The notes under the pieces: model-generated
What the model was told of the DNA's origin: nothing
What the model saw: only the letters and a program-made list of their open reading frames with translations
The model's database searches: none
Source: Fibrobacteria bacterium
GTDB lineage: Bacteria; Fibrobacterota; Fibrobacteria; UBA11236
DNA: 64,000 nt
Assembly: GCA_043745805.1 (NCBI GenBank)
Contig: JAYTSD010000050.1
Coordinates: 31,775-95,774 of the forward strand
Direction of reading: 5' to 3'
Shown here: in pieces, positions 37,676-47,674 of the stretch
Numbering within the stretch: the stretch's first letter is position 1
Layout: every line of letters starts with the position of its first letter
Position numbers and translations under genes: made by a program

Positions 37676-38872
37676 TTAATTTTTCTGGATAACTTCCGTA
37701 AATATCTGCTGTAACTTTACGGATACGGTATCCCAAGAGCGACCTTGGCCAATAGTTGTGATTTTTGAATAATCCCATTTTTTTTGTAGGGCGGCATTTA
37801 AAGCATCGGCAATGGCGTCCACACTTCGTTCTTTCAATAAAATGCCTAAGTCTTCATTATAAATAATTTCGGGCACGCCGCTTACGGGTGTAGCAATTAC
37901 CGGAAGTCCAATGGCCTGCGCTTCACAAACCACATTGGGCCAGCCCTCACGCGAACTCGCTAAAATGAAAATATCCGCAGCACTATACCAATTGGGCAAT
38001 AATTGATTTCCCACCGCGCCCACTAAAAGGATTTGCGACTCTAATTTTTTTTCTTTAATAATTTTTTCTAAAGCGGGTCGTTCTGGGCCTTCGCCCACTA
38101 TCACATAATAAAGTTCAGGATTTTCTAATTGTGCAATGGCTTGTACAATTAAATGAAAGCCTTTAAGCTCTACCAAATGGCCCACGGAGAGAACGATTTT
38201 TTTGTTGAGCGGTAATGCCAATTTTGTGCGAGCTACTTGGTTATCTATGGCTTTAAAAAGCTGGGTGTCTACGCCATTACCAATCACTAATGATTTTTCG
38301 GAGGCTAGTCCCAAATTCAAGGCAATACTCTGTAAGCCTGAACTGACGGAGATCAAACGCGTACAGGCTTTTAAGGTTTGTAATATTTGCGGTTTAATTT
38401 CGAGAATATGCGGGAATACATTTAAATCTGTGCCGCGTGCGGAAACAATAACTGGAATGCCTAATATTTTTCCTAAAGCAATTGCTGCTGTGCCATCAGG
38501 ATAAACATAATGCGCATCAATAATAGCAATTGGGTTTTTGCGATGGATTTCCTGTAAAAGTTTTTTTGCTCCACGAGCCATGCCTTTAGCATGAAATTTC
38601 ATGCCCACCTTTGGCAGCACTAGGTAACGAGGATGATATAGGGTGTGCGTGGAAAATTTTTCTTCGCGTGGCATACGTGCATAAGCCGCATAGCGCGGGC
38701 TATAGTGTTCTATGATTTTTGCAGCCCAGCGGGGAAAATACGGAACGGGTGCGACTATGGTCCATTCATGATGATAAAGCTTAGTAAAATTATCCATGCG
38801 ATTACGCACAAAAACCGCATGCACCGGCTGTTGCGAATTAGGAAACAGCGTGGTGAAGGTGAGAATATGCAT
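37676..38872 (-). CDS. Glycosyltransferase family 4 (TuaC-like)
   Basis: TTLFP, APVPYFP, DAHYVYPDG, ARGTD and SSREGWPNVVCEA motifs. Confidence 0.9.
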   Translation of the reverse strand: MHILTFTTLFPNSQQPVHAVFVRNRMDNFTKLYHHEWTIVAPVPYFPRWAAKIIEHYSPRYAAYARMPREEKFSTHTLYHPRYLVLPKVGMKFHAKGMARGAKKLLQEIHRKNPIAIIDAHYVYPDGTAAIALGKILGIPVIVSARGTDLNVFPHILEIKPQILQTLKACTRLISVSSGLQSIALNLGLASEKSLVIGNGVDTQLFKAIDNQVARTKLALPLNKKIVLSVGHLVELKGFHLIVQAIAQLENPELYYVIVGEGPERPALEKIIKEKKLESQILLVGAVGNQLLPNWYSAADIFILASSREGWPNVVCEAQAIGLPVIATPVSGVPEIIYNEDLGILLKERSVDAIADALNAALQKKWDYSKITTIGQGRSWDTVSVKLQQIFTEVIQKN

Positions 38873-40090
38873 TTAAAGTTTTAAGCCTAAATAATTATAA
38901 ACTTGGCGATGCGCTTCAATTAATTTTGACCAAGACCTTTTAGCTTCCACATACACGCGACTATTTTTTTCTAGTCGATGCATTTCTTCGGGATTCGCAA
39001 AAACTCTTTCGATGGTTTTCACTAAATCATTTACATTATCTGCTTTAAAGAGCCAACCATTTTGACCATCTTCAATTAACTCTTTAATGCCACCCACATC
39101 GCTTCCTAAAACCACCTTTTCCATGGACATGGCTTCTAAAGGTTTGAGCGGAGTTACTAGTTCCAATAAGCGCGAGCGAATACGTGGATACACTAATATA
39201 TCTATTAACGAATAATACCCATTTACTTTTTCATGCGGCACTTTACCGACTACAATCACTCGCTCGCTAACATTTAATTTTTGCGCTTGCTGTTTTAATT
39301 CCTCTTCTTCCCCATCATAACCGCCGCCTACAATGACACAGCGCAAATCAGGATGATGAGGCGCAAGCTTGGCCATAGCTTCCACCAAATATTTTAAACC
39401 TTCATAGCGATAGAGTGATCCAATAAAACCAATCACTTTTTTGCCTTGTAAACCGAGTTCCGCTTGGAGTTTACTATCGAGTGCTGGTGGAGGAAATTTG
39501 CTTACATCCACGCCATTAGGAAGGACAAATAATTTCTTCTCATCAATGCCACGTTCTAATAATCCTTTGCGCAAACCTTCGCAAATAGTGACTACGGCAT
39601 TAGCATTTTTACAAGCCGAGGTTTCAAAAGCCTTGGTAGCACGATAACGCAAGCTGCCCTCATGCGTCGATCCATGGTCCACGGCGGCATCTTCCCAAAA
39701 GGCGCGTATTTCGTAGACTACGGGTAAACCTAATTTTCGTCCCGCCCAAATCGCGGGCCATGCATTAAGCACCGGCGAATGCGCATGGAGAACATCAGGC
39801 TTTTCCAATTTAACCACTTCTAAAATTCTTTTTTCCAAAGCTTTCATTTGGAGAAATTCACGTAACACGGGAAATTTATGCCAAAAAGTATTTTTAACCG
39901 GCGTGCGGAAAATTTTTTGTCCGTCAAATTCTTCTTGCGGTGCTTTTTGGCTTTCTCCTTGTTTTACCGAAGTTAAAGCAATAGGATCAATACCAAGCAC
40001 GGCCTTTTGATTATTTAATATGTAACTGGTACGGAACGTGTAACCGCTGAATAATGGCAAATAATGATCCAGTAAATGCAATACCTTCAT
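38873..40090 (-). CDS. GT4 glycosyltransferase, PEP-CTERM/exosortase A system-associated (TIGR04063-like)
   Basis: SGYTFRT, HAHSPVLN, YEIRAFWEDAAVDHG and VTPLKPLEAM motifs. Confidence 0.88.
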   Translation of the reverse strand: MKVLHLLDHYLPLFSGYTFRTSYILNNQKAVLGIDPIALTSVKQGESQKAPQEEFDGQKIFRTPVKNTFWHKFPVLREFLQMKALEKRILEVVKLEKPDVLHAHSPVLNAWPAIWAGRKLGLPVVYEIRAFWEDAAVDHGSTHEGSLRYRATKAFETSACKNANAVVTICEGLRKGLLERGIDEKKLFVLPNGVDVSKFPPPALDSKLQAELGLQGKKVIGFIGSLYRYEGLKYLVEAMAKLAPHHPDLRCVIVGGGYDGEEEELKQQAQKLNVSERVIVVGKVPHEKVNGYYSLIDILVYPRIRSRLLELVTPLKPLEAMSMEKVVLGSDVGGIKELIEDGQNGWLFKADNVNDLVKTIERVFANPEEMHRLEKNSRVYVEAKRSWSKLIEAHRQVYNYLGLKL

Positions 40091-40115
40091 GCGAAATCCT
40101 CAGAATTAATTAAGG

Positions 40116-42026
40116 CTATGGTTGAGTTTGAAATTTGTTATGCCATAGTGCGAAAGATAACATGGCGAAAAGCGGAAAGGTGTGATTATGCATACCAGTT
40201 TGATGCTCATTCCAAATTTGCTGTAAATATTTTGTTTCGAATAAACCGGTGCTGGCTAAACCCTTTTGATCGAATAAATGCGCATGGGTGTATTCTTTTA
40301 ATTCCTTACGCAGCCATTGTTGCATGGGTAAAGAAAAGCCGCTTTTGGGACGATGAAAAATGGATTGTGGTAGCATTTGTTGCAGCGATTTTTTAAATAC
40401 CCATTTGGTTTCTTGTCCACGAAGTTTAAATGCGGAAGGCATAGTTGCCGCTAACTCTACCAAGCGATGATCCAAAATAGGAACCCGTACCTCCAAAGAT
40501 ACGGCCATACTGGCCCGGTCTACCTTGGTTAAAATATCATCCACTAAATAAGTTTTAAAGTCTACATATTGACTACGCGAAAGAGGGTCTTTGCTTTTGC
40601 AATTTGCATAATGGTGTTCAAATACCGAAAGTGAATTGTAATTCCCTAAAGACTTTTGCAATTCTTGCGACAAAACCTTGGTTTTCATTTCCGGCAAAAA
40701 ATGTGACATCGAGCGGAAATAACCTTCCGCAGGAGAAACTGACAAGTTACGCAGTAAAGTTTTAGCTCTTAATTTTTGCGGCAGCCAATCGGCTTTAGGA
40801 TACAAGTTTGCCATCGTTCCAAATAAAGGGCGACGAATTAGCGAAGGCAAATAAGATCGTAGGCGATTTTCAAAAGCATCGAATTTATAACGGCGATAGC
40901 CGGCAAAATTTTCATCACCACCATCACCGGAAAGGGCTACTGCCACTTGGCTACGCGCCATTTGACAGACATAATAAGTGGGTATCATCGACGAGTCGGC
41001 AAATGGCTCATCATAATGCCAAGCTAATTTATCCAATACCGAAACGGCATCGGGCTCTACAATGAAATCACTATGCTGGGTTTTAAAAAATCCAGCCGTT
41101 TCGCGCGCTTGTGAACTTTCATCATAAGCCTTATGACTGAATCCTATAGTGTTTGTTAAAATCGGATTCGCCGAATGCTTGGCCATGAGAGCCACTACGG
41201 CAGCGGAATCCACACCACCACTTAAAAAAGCTCCGAGTGGCACATCGCTTTCCATATGGCTATTTACCGAATCATCTAAGAGTACGAGCAAATCTTCTTG
41301 CGCTAAATTTTCGCCGCGCTCGTCCGCATATCGATCATTAACCGTAAAATCCAAATCCCAATAGGCTTGCAAATGCAAGTCACCTTGCGAGGAAATTCTC
41401 ATCCAATGTCCAGCGGGTAATTTGCGAATATTTTTAAAAATACTTTTGGGTGCGGGCACATACATTAAAGACAAATAATCGGATACGGCTTGCGTATCAA
41501 TTGCGCGATCAAATCCCGGATAGGCTAAAATGGCTTTGCACTCTGAAGCAAATAGCCAAGTATTTCCGCAGGACCCATAATAAAGTGGTTTAATACCTAA
41601 ACGATCACGGGCAATAAATATACAGCGTTCCCGATGATCATAAATCGCAAAGGCAAACATACCCCGTAACATGGACAAACATTGCATGCCATATTCTTTA
41701 AAAGCATAGAGCAAGGTTTCGGTATCGCTGCGGCTATGGACGGGATGTCCTTTTTGTAATAAATCTTTTTTGATTTCATGATGATTATAAATCTCACCAT
41801 TGAATACCAAGGTATAAAGCCCATCGCAATCGGTCATGGGCTGCTTGCCTGCTGATAAATCTATAATGCTTAAGCGCTTATGGGATAGGCCTGCAGTTTG
41901 ATCGGTGGCTATAAAGATGCCATCTTGATCGGGACCTCGATGATGCAAGGTTTGATTCATTTGTGTAAGCGTTTGCGCAAGGCCGGGAACGGCTTTTGAG
42001 CTAATTAATCCAGCCAATCCACACAT
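40116..42026 (-). CDS. asnB: Asparagine synthase-like glutamine amidotransferase (EPS/PEP-CTERM-associated type)
   Basis: MCG start, HRGPD, RLSIID, FNGEIYN, LSGGVDS, SGDGGDE and KVDRASMA motifs. Confidence 0.92.
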   Translation of the reverse strand: MCGLAGLISSKAVPGLAQTLTQMNQTLHHRGPDQDGIFIATDQTAGLSHKRLSIIDLSAGKQPMTDCDGLYTLVFNGEIYNHHEIKKDLLQKGHPVHSRSDTETLLYAFKEYGMQCLSMLRGMFAFAIYDHRERCIFIARDRLGIKPLYYGSCGNTWLFASECKAILAYPGFDRAIDTQAVSDYLSLMYVPAPKSIFKNIRKLPAGHWMRISSQGDLHLQAYWDLDFTVNDRYADERGENLAQEDLLVLLDDSVNSHMESDVPLGAFLSGGVDSAAVVALMAKHSANPILTNTIGFSHKAYDESSQARETAGFFKTQHSDFIVEPDAVSVLDKLAWHYDEPFADSSMIPTYYVCQMARSQVAVALSGDGGDENFAGYRRYKFDAFENRLRSYLPSLIRRPLFGTMANLYPKADWLPQKLRAKTLLRNLSVSPAEGYFRSMSHFLPEMKTKVLSQELQKSLGNYNSLSVFEHHYANCKSKDPLSRSQYVDFKTYLVDDILTKVDRASMAVSLEVRVPILDHRLVELAATMPSAFKLRGQETKWVFKKSLQQMLPQSIFHRPKSGFSLPMQQWLRKELKEYTHAHLFDQKGLASTGLFETKYLQQIWNEHQTGMHNHTFPLFAMLSFALWHNKFQTQP

Positions 42027-42059
42027 GAGTACAAATCTAATTTAGTATGCGCATAAAAC

Positions 42060-42093
42060 AAAAAAAGTCTCTACCGAAGCAGAGACTTTTTTT
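42060..42093 (-). terminator. Intrinsic terminator after the PEP-CTERM gene
   Basis: Minus strand AGTCTCTGC-TTCG-GTAGAGACT followed by a T run (cUUCGg loop). Confidence 0.85.
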
Positions 42094-42118
42094 AAAACCA
42101 TGAAGATGATATTAATGT

Positions 42119-42898
42119 TTATACGAAGCGACGACGCGCCGCAAATGCCATTGCGAAAAGACCAAAACCCATCAAGCCTAAGGTGGCTGGTTCTGGAACA
42201 GGTTGTACAGATTCCATCATGATAACCATATCATTATAATCATAATCCCAATTAGCGCTTTGTGTATCTTCCCATGCGATAAGGTAATGATTGGAGGTCA
42301 TGTTAAAAGCAAAAGGATTGCTTTGTAATTTTACTTTATCATTTTCACCTTGATAGGAAACCATGTGATCCGCAAGATCGCTATTTAATGCAGGGTCAGA
42401 GTAGAAATAAGTTCCAGCGCTTGAGGCATTTCCCTTGGAAAGAAGGTAATAGCCAAAATTAGCGGAAGTAAAAGTTGCTAAAGGTGCGGTCCAAGGATCA
42501 TTAACATGGATACCCATGTCCACATCAATAATCACGCTTGCTTTTGCTGGACCACCGGAGGCCCAAGTGCCTACTGGGTTGGCATTGCCAGAGAATAATT
42601 TTACACGATTGTTTGGATTACCTACGTCGTAGATTCCAAATTCATTAAATGCAGCATTTCCGGCTATTTCAACTACGAGAGAAGCGGCAGCTGTACCAGA
42701 AGCGGTCCAAGTCCAATAGGCATCGGAAGTGATTTGATCATTGTTTACATCAATACTAGTTGCGCCAATATTATTAAAAACGGTTTGTAAGCTAGTAGAA
42801 GTGGAAGACGAATTCTCGCCCAATGGATTAACAGGTGTGGACCAAGTTGCGGCGGCCAATCCACAAATTCCAAGTATTGCTAATTTGTATGTATTCAT
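42119..42898 (-). CDS. PEP-CTERM sorting domain protein with DUF4114-like domain
   Basis: Signal peptide, AWED...DYDYNDMV, C-terminal VPEPATLGLMGFGLFAMAFAARRR. Confidence 0.92.
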   Translation of the reverse strand: MNTYKLAILGICGLAAATWSTPVNPLGENSSSTSTSLQTVFNNIGATSIDVNNDQITSDAYWTWTASGTAAASLVVEIAGNAAFNEFGIYDVGNPNNRVKLFSGNANPVGTWASGGPAKASVIIDVDMGIHVNDPWTAPLATFTSANFGYYLLSKGNASSAGTYFYSDPALNSDLADHMVSYQGENDKVKLQSNPFAFNMTSNHYLIAWEDTQSANWDYDYNDMVIMMESVQPVPEPATLGLMGFGLFAMAFAARRRFV

Positions 42899-42960
42899 TT
42901 GTATCTCCGTAATTCAAAATATCATTTTGAAAATTCAGGTTTTTATTCAAGGACTATAAG

Positions 42961-43061
42961 AGCGAATCGCGTGCCATAACTAGATGGTGAAAATACACTG
43001 GCAAGGGCATTTAAAAATCAAGACTGTTAAAAAAACCGACATTTGCTCTGATAGCTTTACA
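42961..43061 (-). promoter_or_regulatory. Sigma54 promoter plus TGT-N11-ACA enhancer (PEP-CTERM box)
   Basis: Minus strand TGGCACGCGATTCGCT (GG-N10-GC, 42976-42961); TGTTAAAAAAACCGACA at 43025-43041; TTTACA at 43056-43061. Confidence 0.75.
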
Positions 43062-43392
43062 AAAATAGTGCAGGTTCATTCTCAGGGTTAACTTCAAAGC
43101 GATTAAAGCAAAGCGTCGAATAACTGAATGGGTGGGTTGATTGGTTTTTTTTAGCCTATAAAGCAAAAAGTCATCAAACTTTGAATCTCTTATCTTTGCT
43201 GTAAATAATGAGTATTCAAAGGGATAGCTCAAAAAATGCAAGTTCAAAAGCTTTATTGTAAATGTTATCGACTACTGAAAGGGTTTGAAACGGCTCACTA
43301 AGGTAGCGACCAATGGTCAAAGCTTAATAATATACGCGGATAAATAAACATCATAAATTGCCGAGACCTCTGCAAAAGGATATTTTTTGGTG

Positions 43393-43593
43393 ATGAAAAT
43401 TAATGTGAATGGAAAAATCCAAGAGTTTGCGGTAATACTCAATTTAAAAGAGTTACTTGAGTATTTTGAATTAAAAGTGGATCAGGTGGTGATTGAGTTA
43501 AACCGCATGGTTCCCGAAAAAGACCATTATAGTCAAATTCAACTTCAAGAAGGCGATCAAGTGGAGCTTATTAAATTCCTAGGTGGAGGGTAA
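43393..43593 (+). CDS. thiS: Sulfur carrier protein ThiS
   Basis: MKINVNG, VVIELN, GDQVELIKFLGGG. Confidence 0.88.
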   Translation: MKINVNGKIQEFAVILNLKELLEYFELKVDQVVIELNRMVPEKDHYSQIQLQEGDQVELIKFLGGG

Positions 43594-43613
43594 CTTTAGA
43601 GTTACATTAACAC

Positions 43614-45125
43614 CTATCGGTACTCTACTATATCCGTTCCCGAATAGTACGCTTGGAGAATTTGTAAATAATTTTGTCCTGCACGGGCACGTCCCATGGC
43701 TCCCATTTGACATAATCCAATGCCATGTCCAAAACCTTTGCCCTCTAAAGTCACTTTATTTCCACTTACTTTAATACTGAAAAATGCGCTGGGAAGAATT
43801 TTGTCTGTTCCTTTGGGACGCAATAACCAACGCACTTTATCACCCCATATTGAAAAACTTCCTTTATCAGTTTCTACACGTAACTCACGTACGCGACCAC
43901 ACGCAGCATAGGAAATGATTTGTAAATCCTCGACACGGTGAAAATCTGGAACCTTTTGAGCATTCGCAGACTTTAAATTTTTACGAATGATACTGGTCAG
44001 TTGTGATAAATCCCAAGACTCGACCCAATGGGAATATCCTGATGGCGCACAGTAGGGACGGCCACTTTCGTCTTTATCGGGTAGGGAAATAAGATAGGGT
44101 ATTTTTTCGCCCCGCCATACATCGTTTAAATTAGCGGTCGTTCCACCGCAAGTAGAATGGTAATAACATAGGGTTAAGTTACCCTGAAACAGTAATACCA
44201 TATTGCGAGTTTCGCGAATGGCTCTATCGGATAATAAATATTCTGATTTTACACCTTTATAAACCTGATCTTGCACATCACTATAAAGATCAAAGGGATT
44301 AGTGGATGATTTACTTAAGCGCTGATAGGTATAAGTCCGTGCCGCCACAGCCATAGCTTTTAGGGATTCTAATGCATCGCGATTAACATTTCCCATTTCA
44401 TAAGGCAAAACTCCGCGTAAATAATCTTCGATGGGAAGTTGATTGACCACCTGTAAACTAGATGACCCCTTGCTACCCGGTTGCAAAATAATATCGCCAC
44501 GATAAACCAAGCCATTTACCTCGATGAGATTATAAGGATTTGTGGATTTGATCAGTAACCTATTAGGTACGGGTCCCGAATTTTTATTCGTCCCTTGTTG
44601 AATTTCCATTTCCTCGCCATTGCGGCGAACCGCAAATTTACCGCGTAACCTTTGTAAAGGCACAAAACTCCCATTGGACTTTGCATTGGAAATATCAACT
44701 TCCCCTAAAGAATAAAGACTAACCAAGCCTTCGGTTTGTGAGAGTAATACTCGAACTTGGGTGGGGAAATTTTGTGGTCTTGGTTTGAGTAATACGCCGG
44801 TGGTTGCTGAAGAGGATTCTAGTATGGGTTGAGGAATAGAATCTTGTGTTGGCAGGGCCGAGTCGGGCAAATGCTTTGGTGCGAGGCTATCGGAGGTGTT
44901 TACAGAGCCTGATGTCGTTAAACTGTCTGGTTTTTCAGCAGGAGCCTCAACTAATTTTGGGGATAGTGAATCGGAAATGTCTGGCTTAGGCTTTGTTTCC
45001 GCGCTGGCAGTATCCACATTGGTTTTTTTATGCGCACTGATTTTTTTGTTATGAATATGTTTGGGGTAAACTTTGGGGCTACAACTCAAACAAAGTATGA
45101 TTGAGAGTAATATGAAATTATACAA
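43614..45125 (-). CDS. SpoIID/LytB domain lipoprotein (lytic transglycosylase-like)
   Basis: Lipobox CLSC; EDYLRGVLPYEM, KAMAVAARTY, DQVYKG and GFGHGIGLCQMGA motifs. Confidence 0.92.
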   Translation of the reverse strand: MYNFILLSIILCLSCSPKVYPKHIHNKKISAHKKTNVDTASAETKPKPDISDSLSPKLVEAPAEKPDSLTTSGSVNTSDSLAPKHLPDSALPTQDSIPQPILESSSATTGVLLKPRPQNFPTQVRVLLSQTEGLVSLYSLGEVDISNAKSNGSFVPLQRLRGKFAVRRNGEEMEIQQGTNKNSGPVPNRLLIKSTNPYNLIEVNGLVYRGDIILQPGSKGSSSLQVVNQLPIEDYLRGVLPYEMGNVNRDALESLKAMAVAARTYTYQRLSKSSTNPFDLYSDVQDQVYKGVKSEYLLSDRAIRETRNMVLLFQGNLTLCYYHSTCGGTTANLNDVWRGEKIPYLISLPDKDESGRPYCAPSGYSHWVESWDLSQLTSIIRKNLKSANAQKVPDFHRVEDLQIISYAACGRVRELRVETDKGSFSIWGDKVRWLLRPKGTDKILPSAFFSIKVSGNKVTLEGKGFGHGIGLCQMGAMGRARAGQNYLQILQAYYSGTDIVEYR

Positions 45126-45169
45126 GACGCGTGGACTTTTACAATTTAAGCTGGCATTGAATAGGTTAT

Positions 45170-45691
45170 TTAAGCAGGAAGCGATTTGGCCTCCTTCGCC
45201 AAGCTTTTCAATTTCTTTTCATTCATGACCCTGTCGGTAGCCGAAATTTTGTCAACAAACAGCACGCCATCGAGATGATCAATTTCATGTTGCACGCAGC
45301 GAGCAAACATGCCATCAATTTCTTTTTCAAAAAGCTTTCCATTTTCATCCATCGCTTCAAGGGTAACAATTCCAGGACGTTTAACATCGGCCCATACCCC
45401 AGGAACTGAGAGACAACCTTCTTCAGCGGTTACAGGATTTTTACCTTCTTTGACAATCGGATTAAAAAAGATTTGTGGATCCTTTTTTTCTTCCTCATTA
45501 GAGATGTCGACCACTATTAAGCGGATGGATTTACCTACTTGGGGCGCAGCCAAGCCTAAACCATTGCTTTTATACATAGTTTCGATCATGTCTTTGGCAA
45601 AACGTTTTAATTCCGGCGTGACTTTTTCCACTTCGGTAGCGCGTTTGCGGAGAACTTTACTGCCGTAAACATAAATAGGTAACACAGCCAT
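45170..45691 (-). CDS. def: Peptide deformylase
   Basis: GLGLAAPQ, EGCLS and QHEIDH motifs. Confidence 0.97.
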   Translation of the reverse strand: MAVLPIYVYGSKVLRKRATEVEKVTPELKRFAKDMIETMYKSNGLGLAAPQVGKSIRLIVVDISNEEEKKDPQIFFNPIVKEGKNPVTAEEGCLSVPGVWADVKRPGIVTLEAMDENGKLFEKEIDGMFARCVQHEIDHLDGVLFVDKISATDRVMNEKKLKSLAKEAKSLPA

Positions 45692-45975
45692 TAAGCTTTA
45701 GCTTCTCCTTTTTCCGCTTTATCCACAATCACTTTGCTGATTGCACTTTTTATAAAATCAATCTTAATATTATCCGCTACTTTTAGCGTGACTATTGTTC
45801 CATCAACCGAATGCACATCGGCGTACATGCCACTTTGCGTCAAAACCTTATCGCCTTTTTTGAGGGCTCCCAGCATGCGATCCATTTCTTTTTGTTCCTT
45901 CATTTTGGGACGAAGAATAAAGAAATACATGACAATAAAAATAACGACGATAAACAGTAAATCAGGATAACCCAT
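45691..45975 (-). CDS. yajC: Preprotein translocase subunit YajC
   Basis: YFFILRP and LKKGDKVLT motifs; start re-called at MGYPD. Confidence 0.93.
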   Translation of the reverse strand: MGYPDLLFIVVIFIVMYFFILRPKMKEQKEMDRMLGALKKGDKVLTQSGMYADVHSVDGTIVTLKVADNIKIDFIKSAISKVIVDKAEKGEAKA

Positions 45976-46141
45976 AATAACCTTCGATGAATGACTTAAT
46001 AAAAAGACCCGTATGGCCAATTCTTGCAAAATCAAAGTAGAAAAAATGGGGCTAGGGTGCAGATTGTAGCCCCTTTCTGGTGAAATTCCGCTATTTTAGC
46101 AATAGATATTTGGGACAGGATAGAGGAATATGAACTTTGCC

Positions 46142-46170
46142 TTGCCTGATTGCTTGCGCATTGATACTTT
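46142..46170 (+). promoter_or_regulatory. Putative sigma70 promoter of tRNA-Arg
   Basis: TTGCCT, 17 nt, TACTTT, followed by a GC-rich discriminator. Confidence 0.5.
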
Positions 46171-46185
46171 TGCGCGCAAAGCTTT

Positions 46186-46259
46186 GCACCGATAGCTCAG
46201 CTGGATAGAGCAACGGTTTTCTAAACCGTCGGTCACAGGTTCGAATCCTGTTCGGTGTA
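46186..46259 (+). tRNA. tRNA-Arg(TCT), CCA not encoded
   Basis: Acceptor GCACCGA/TCGGTGT, D-arm GCTC/GAGC, anticodon arm ACGGT-TTTCTAA-ACCGT, T-loop TTCGAAT. Confidence 0.96.
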
Positions 46260-46265
46260 AGTTTT

Positions 46266-46814
46266 TTAATCCGCTAATGCAAACAAATCAAAACTTATCG
46301 TGAGCTTGTCCTCAACTGGAACAAATAACAAACTGGGCCTTTCCACTTTGAAGTCCGACAGTTTAACCGTAAACCCTCCCACGATTTCAATTTTATGATT
46401 TAAAAAATGTGGGGTAACGTGAAAGTTAATAGGCTGTGTAATCCCGTGAAAATTTAATTTTCCTGTTACCGCATATCCATTGCTATCGGGCTTGATAGAT
46501 TCACTAAAGAACTCCACTCTAGGATATTTTAAGGCTTCTACCATTTCCATGGCATGGGAATCACGGCTGGAGTTTTTGCTGTCGAAGCTGTTGATATTGG
46601 CGCTAACTTTTATTTTGGAGGATAGGGTGTCTGCTGACAAATCGACTTCGCAAAAAAAATCTTTGCTAATGCCCTGAATTTTATGCAGAGGATGAATCAT
46701 TCGATAGGAAAGGATGGATTCTCCTTTGATGGCTTGAAAGGACTTTGCGGAGGCCGGAATTTGCAAGGCGAATGCGATAGTAGCAAGGGCAAAAACGTTT
46801 TTCATTTTCAACAT
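46266..46814 (-). CDS. YceI family lipid/polyisoprenoid-binding protein
   Basis: Signal peptide, SFDSKNSSRDSH, GKLNFHGIT and DFKVERP motifs. Confidence 0.88.
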   Translation of the reverse strand: MLKMKNVFALATIAFALQIPASAKSFQAIKGESILSYRMIHPLHKIQGISKDFFCEVDLSADTLSSKIKVSANINSFDSKNSSRDSHAMEMVEALKYPRVEFFSESIKPDSNGYAVTGKLNFHGITQPINFHVTPHFLNHKIEIVGGFTVKLSDFKVERPSLLFVPVEDKLTISFDLFALAD

Positions 46815-46826
46815 AAAATTCTCATT

Positions 46827-47657
46827 TCAAAAAGTGATAACCATTAAGGCAGAAGCAAAAGCAACGGTAGTGATATAACCCGATATCTGATGAATTTGTG
46901 CCTTATCATGATTGATCTTTACTTGGGCTGTGCCATTGCTTCGCTCTTGCATGGCAATGCCATCGGCTAGCAAGGGAGTTAATATCATTCCTGTAAAATG
47001 TATTATAGCGAGTCCTTTGTGAATGGATACCGTGTTCCACTCTTGGCGCCTGATCAAAGGCGGGGGGCAAAGCAAAGATAAAGCTGCCGTAGTAAAATAA
47101 CTGGCTATGGTCGCTGAAGCCCATGCTTTATGGGTATCCCCCAAACTAGTGTTGCCATTTATGGTTAATTGGCCATACACTGCTGTAGTAATCATTGCTC
47201 CTAAAGTAAGGAACCCACCTACTTCATGCAGTGTTAACATTGTTCTTCGTAAATTTATTTCTTTAAGCCTTGATTCCTCCGTCAAGGGAAAACCTATGCT
47301 TCGCATCCAACCATTTTTACCCCACAGCAATCGTTCTCCGGGACCCATAACTTCGGGAAGCAAGCTTATTTTTGCAGAGGGTAGGGTATTATTGGATAGC
47401 GTATTTAAGCTATCGACCTGAGGAGCTTTATTTTCAATTATAGTAGAAGCAAGCGGCGAGGCGATGGAGTCGGAATTGTTCGCCCAGCTATTAAATGACA
47501 ATAGGAGTAGGACTGGGAGGTATTTAAAAAGGTTTTTTCGAGAGGTGAATTTGGCTTTCATCATCGACGGAATATACATACTTAGGTTCTTAAAAATCAT
47601 TAATCGGGACATTATTACCATTTTTTTACCAGCACAAATTATTTTTTCAAAGTGCAA
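46827..47657 (-). CDS. Membrane protein with four His-bearing helices (possible b-type heme protein); start uncertain
   Basis: LHEVGG, THKAW, IHKGLAIIH and IHQISG each at the start of a hydrophobic segment. Confidence 0.6.
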   Translation of the reverse strand: MHFEKIICAGKKMVIMSRLMIFKNLSMYIPSMMKAKFTSRKNLFKYLPVLLLLSFNSWANNSDSIASPLASTIIENKAPQVDSLNTLSNNTLPSAKISLLPEVMGPGERLLWGKNGWMRSIGFPLTEESRLKEINLRRTMLTLHEVGGFLTLGAMITTAVYGQLTINGNTSLGDTHKAWASATIASYFTTAALSLLCPPPLIRRQEWNTVSIHKGLAIIHFTGMILTPLLADGIAMQERSNGTAQVKINHDKAQIHQISGYITTVAFASALMVITF

Positions 47658-47674
47658 GAATTAAAAAAGGACTA

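Noticed and set aside
43270..43392. TPP riboswitch upstream of thiS
   Set aside because: No CTGAGA/ACCTGA core motifs, and no other thi genes adjacent.
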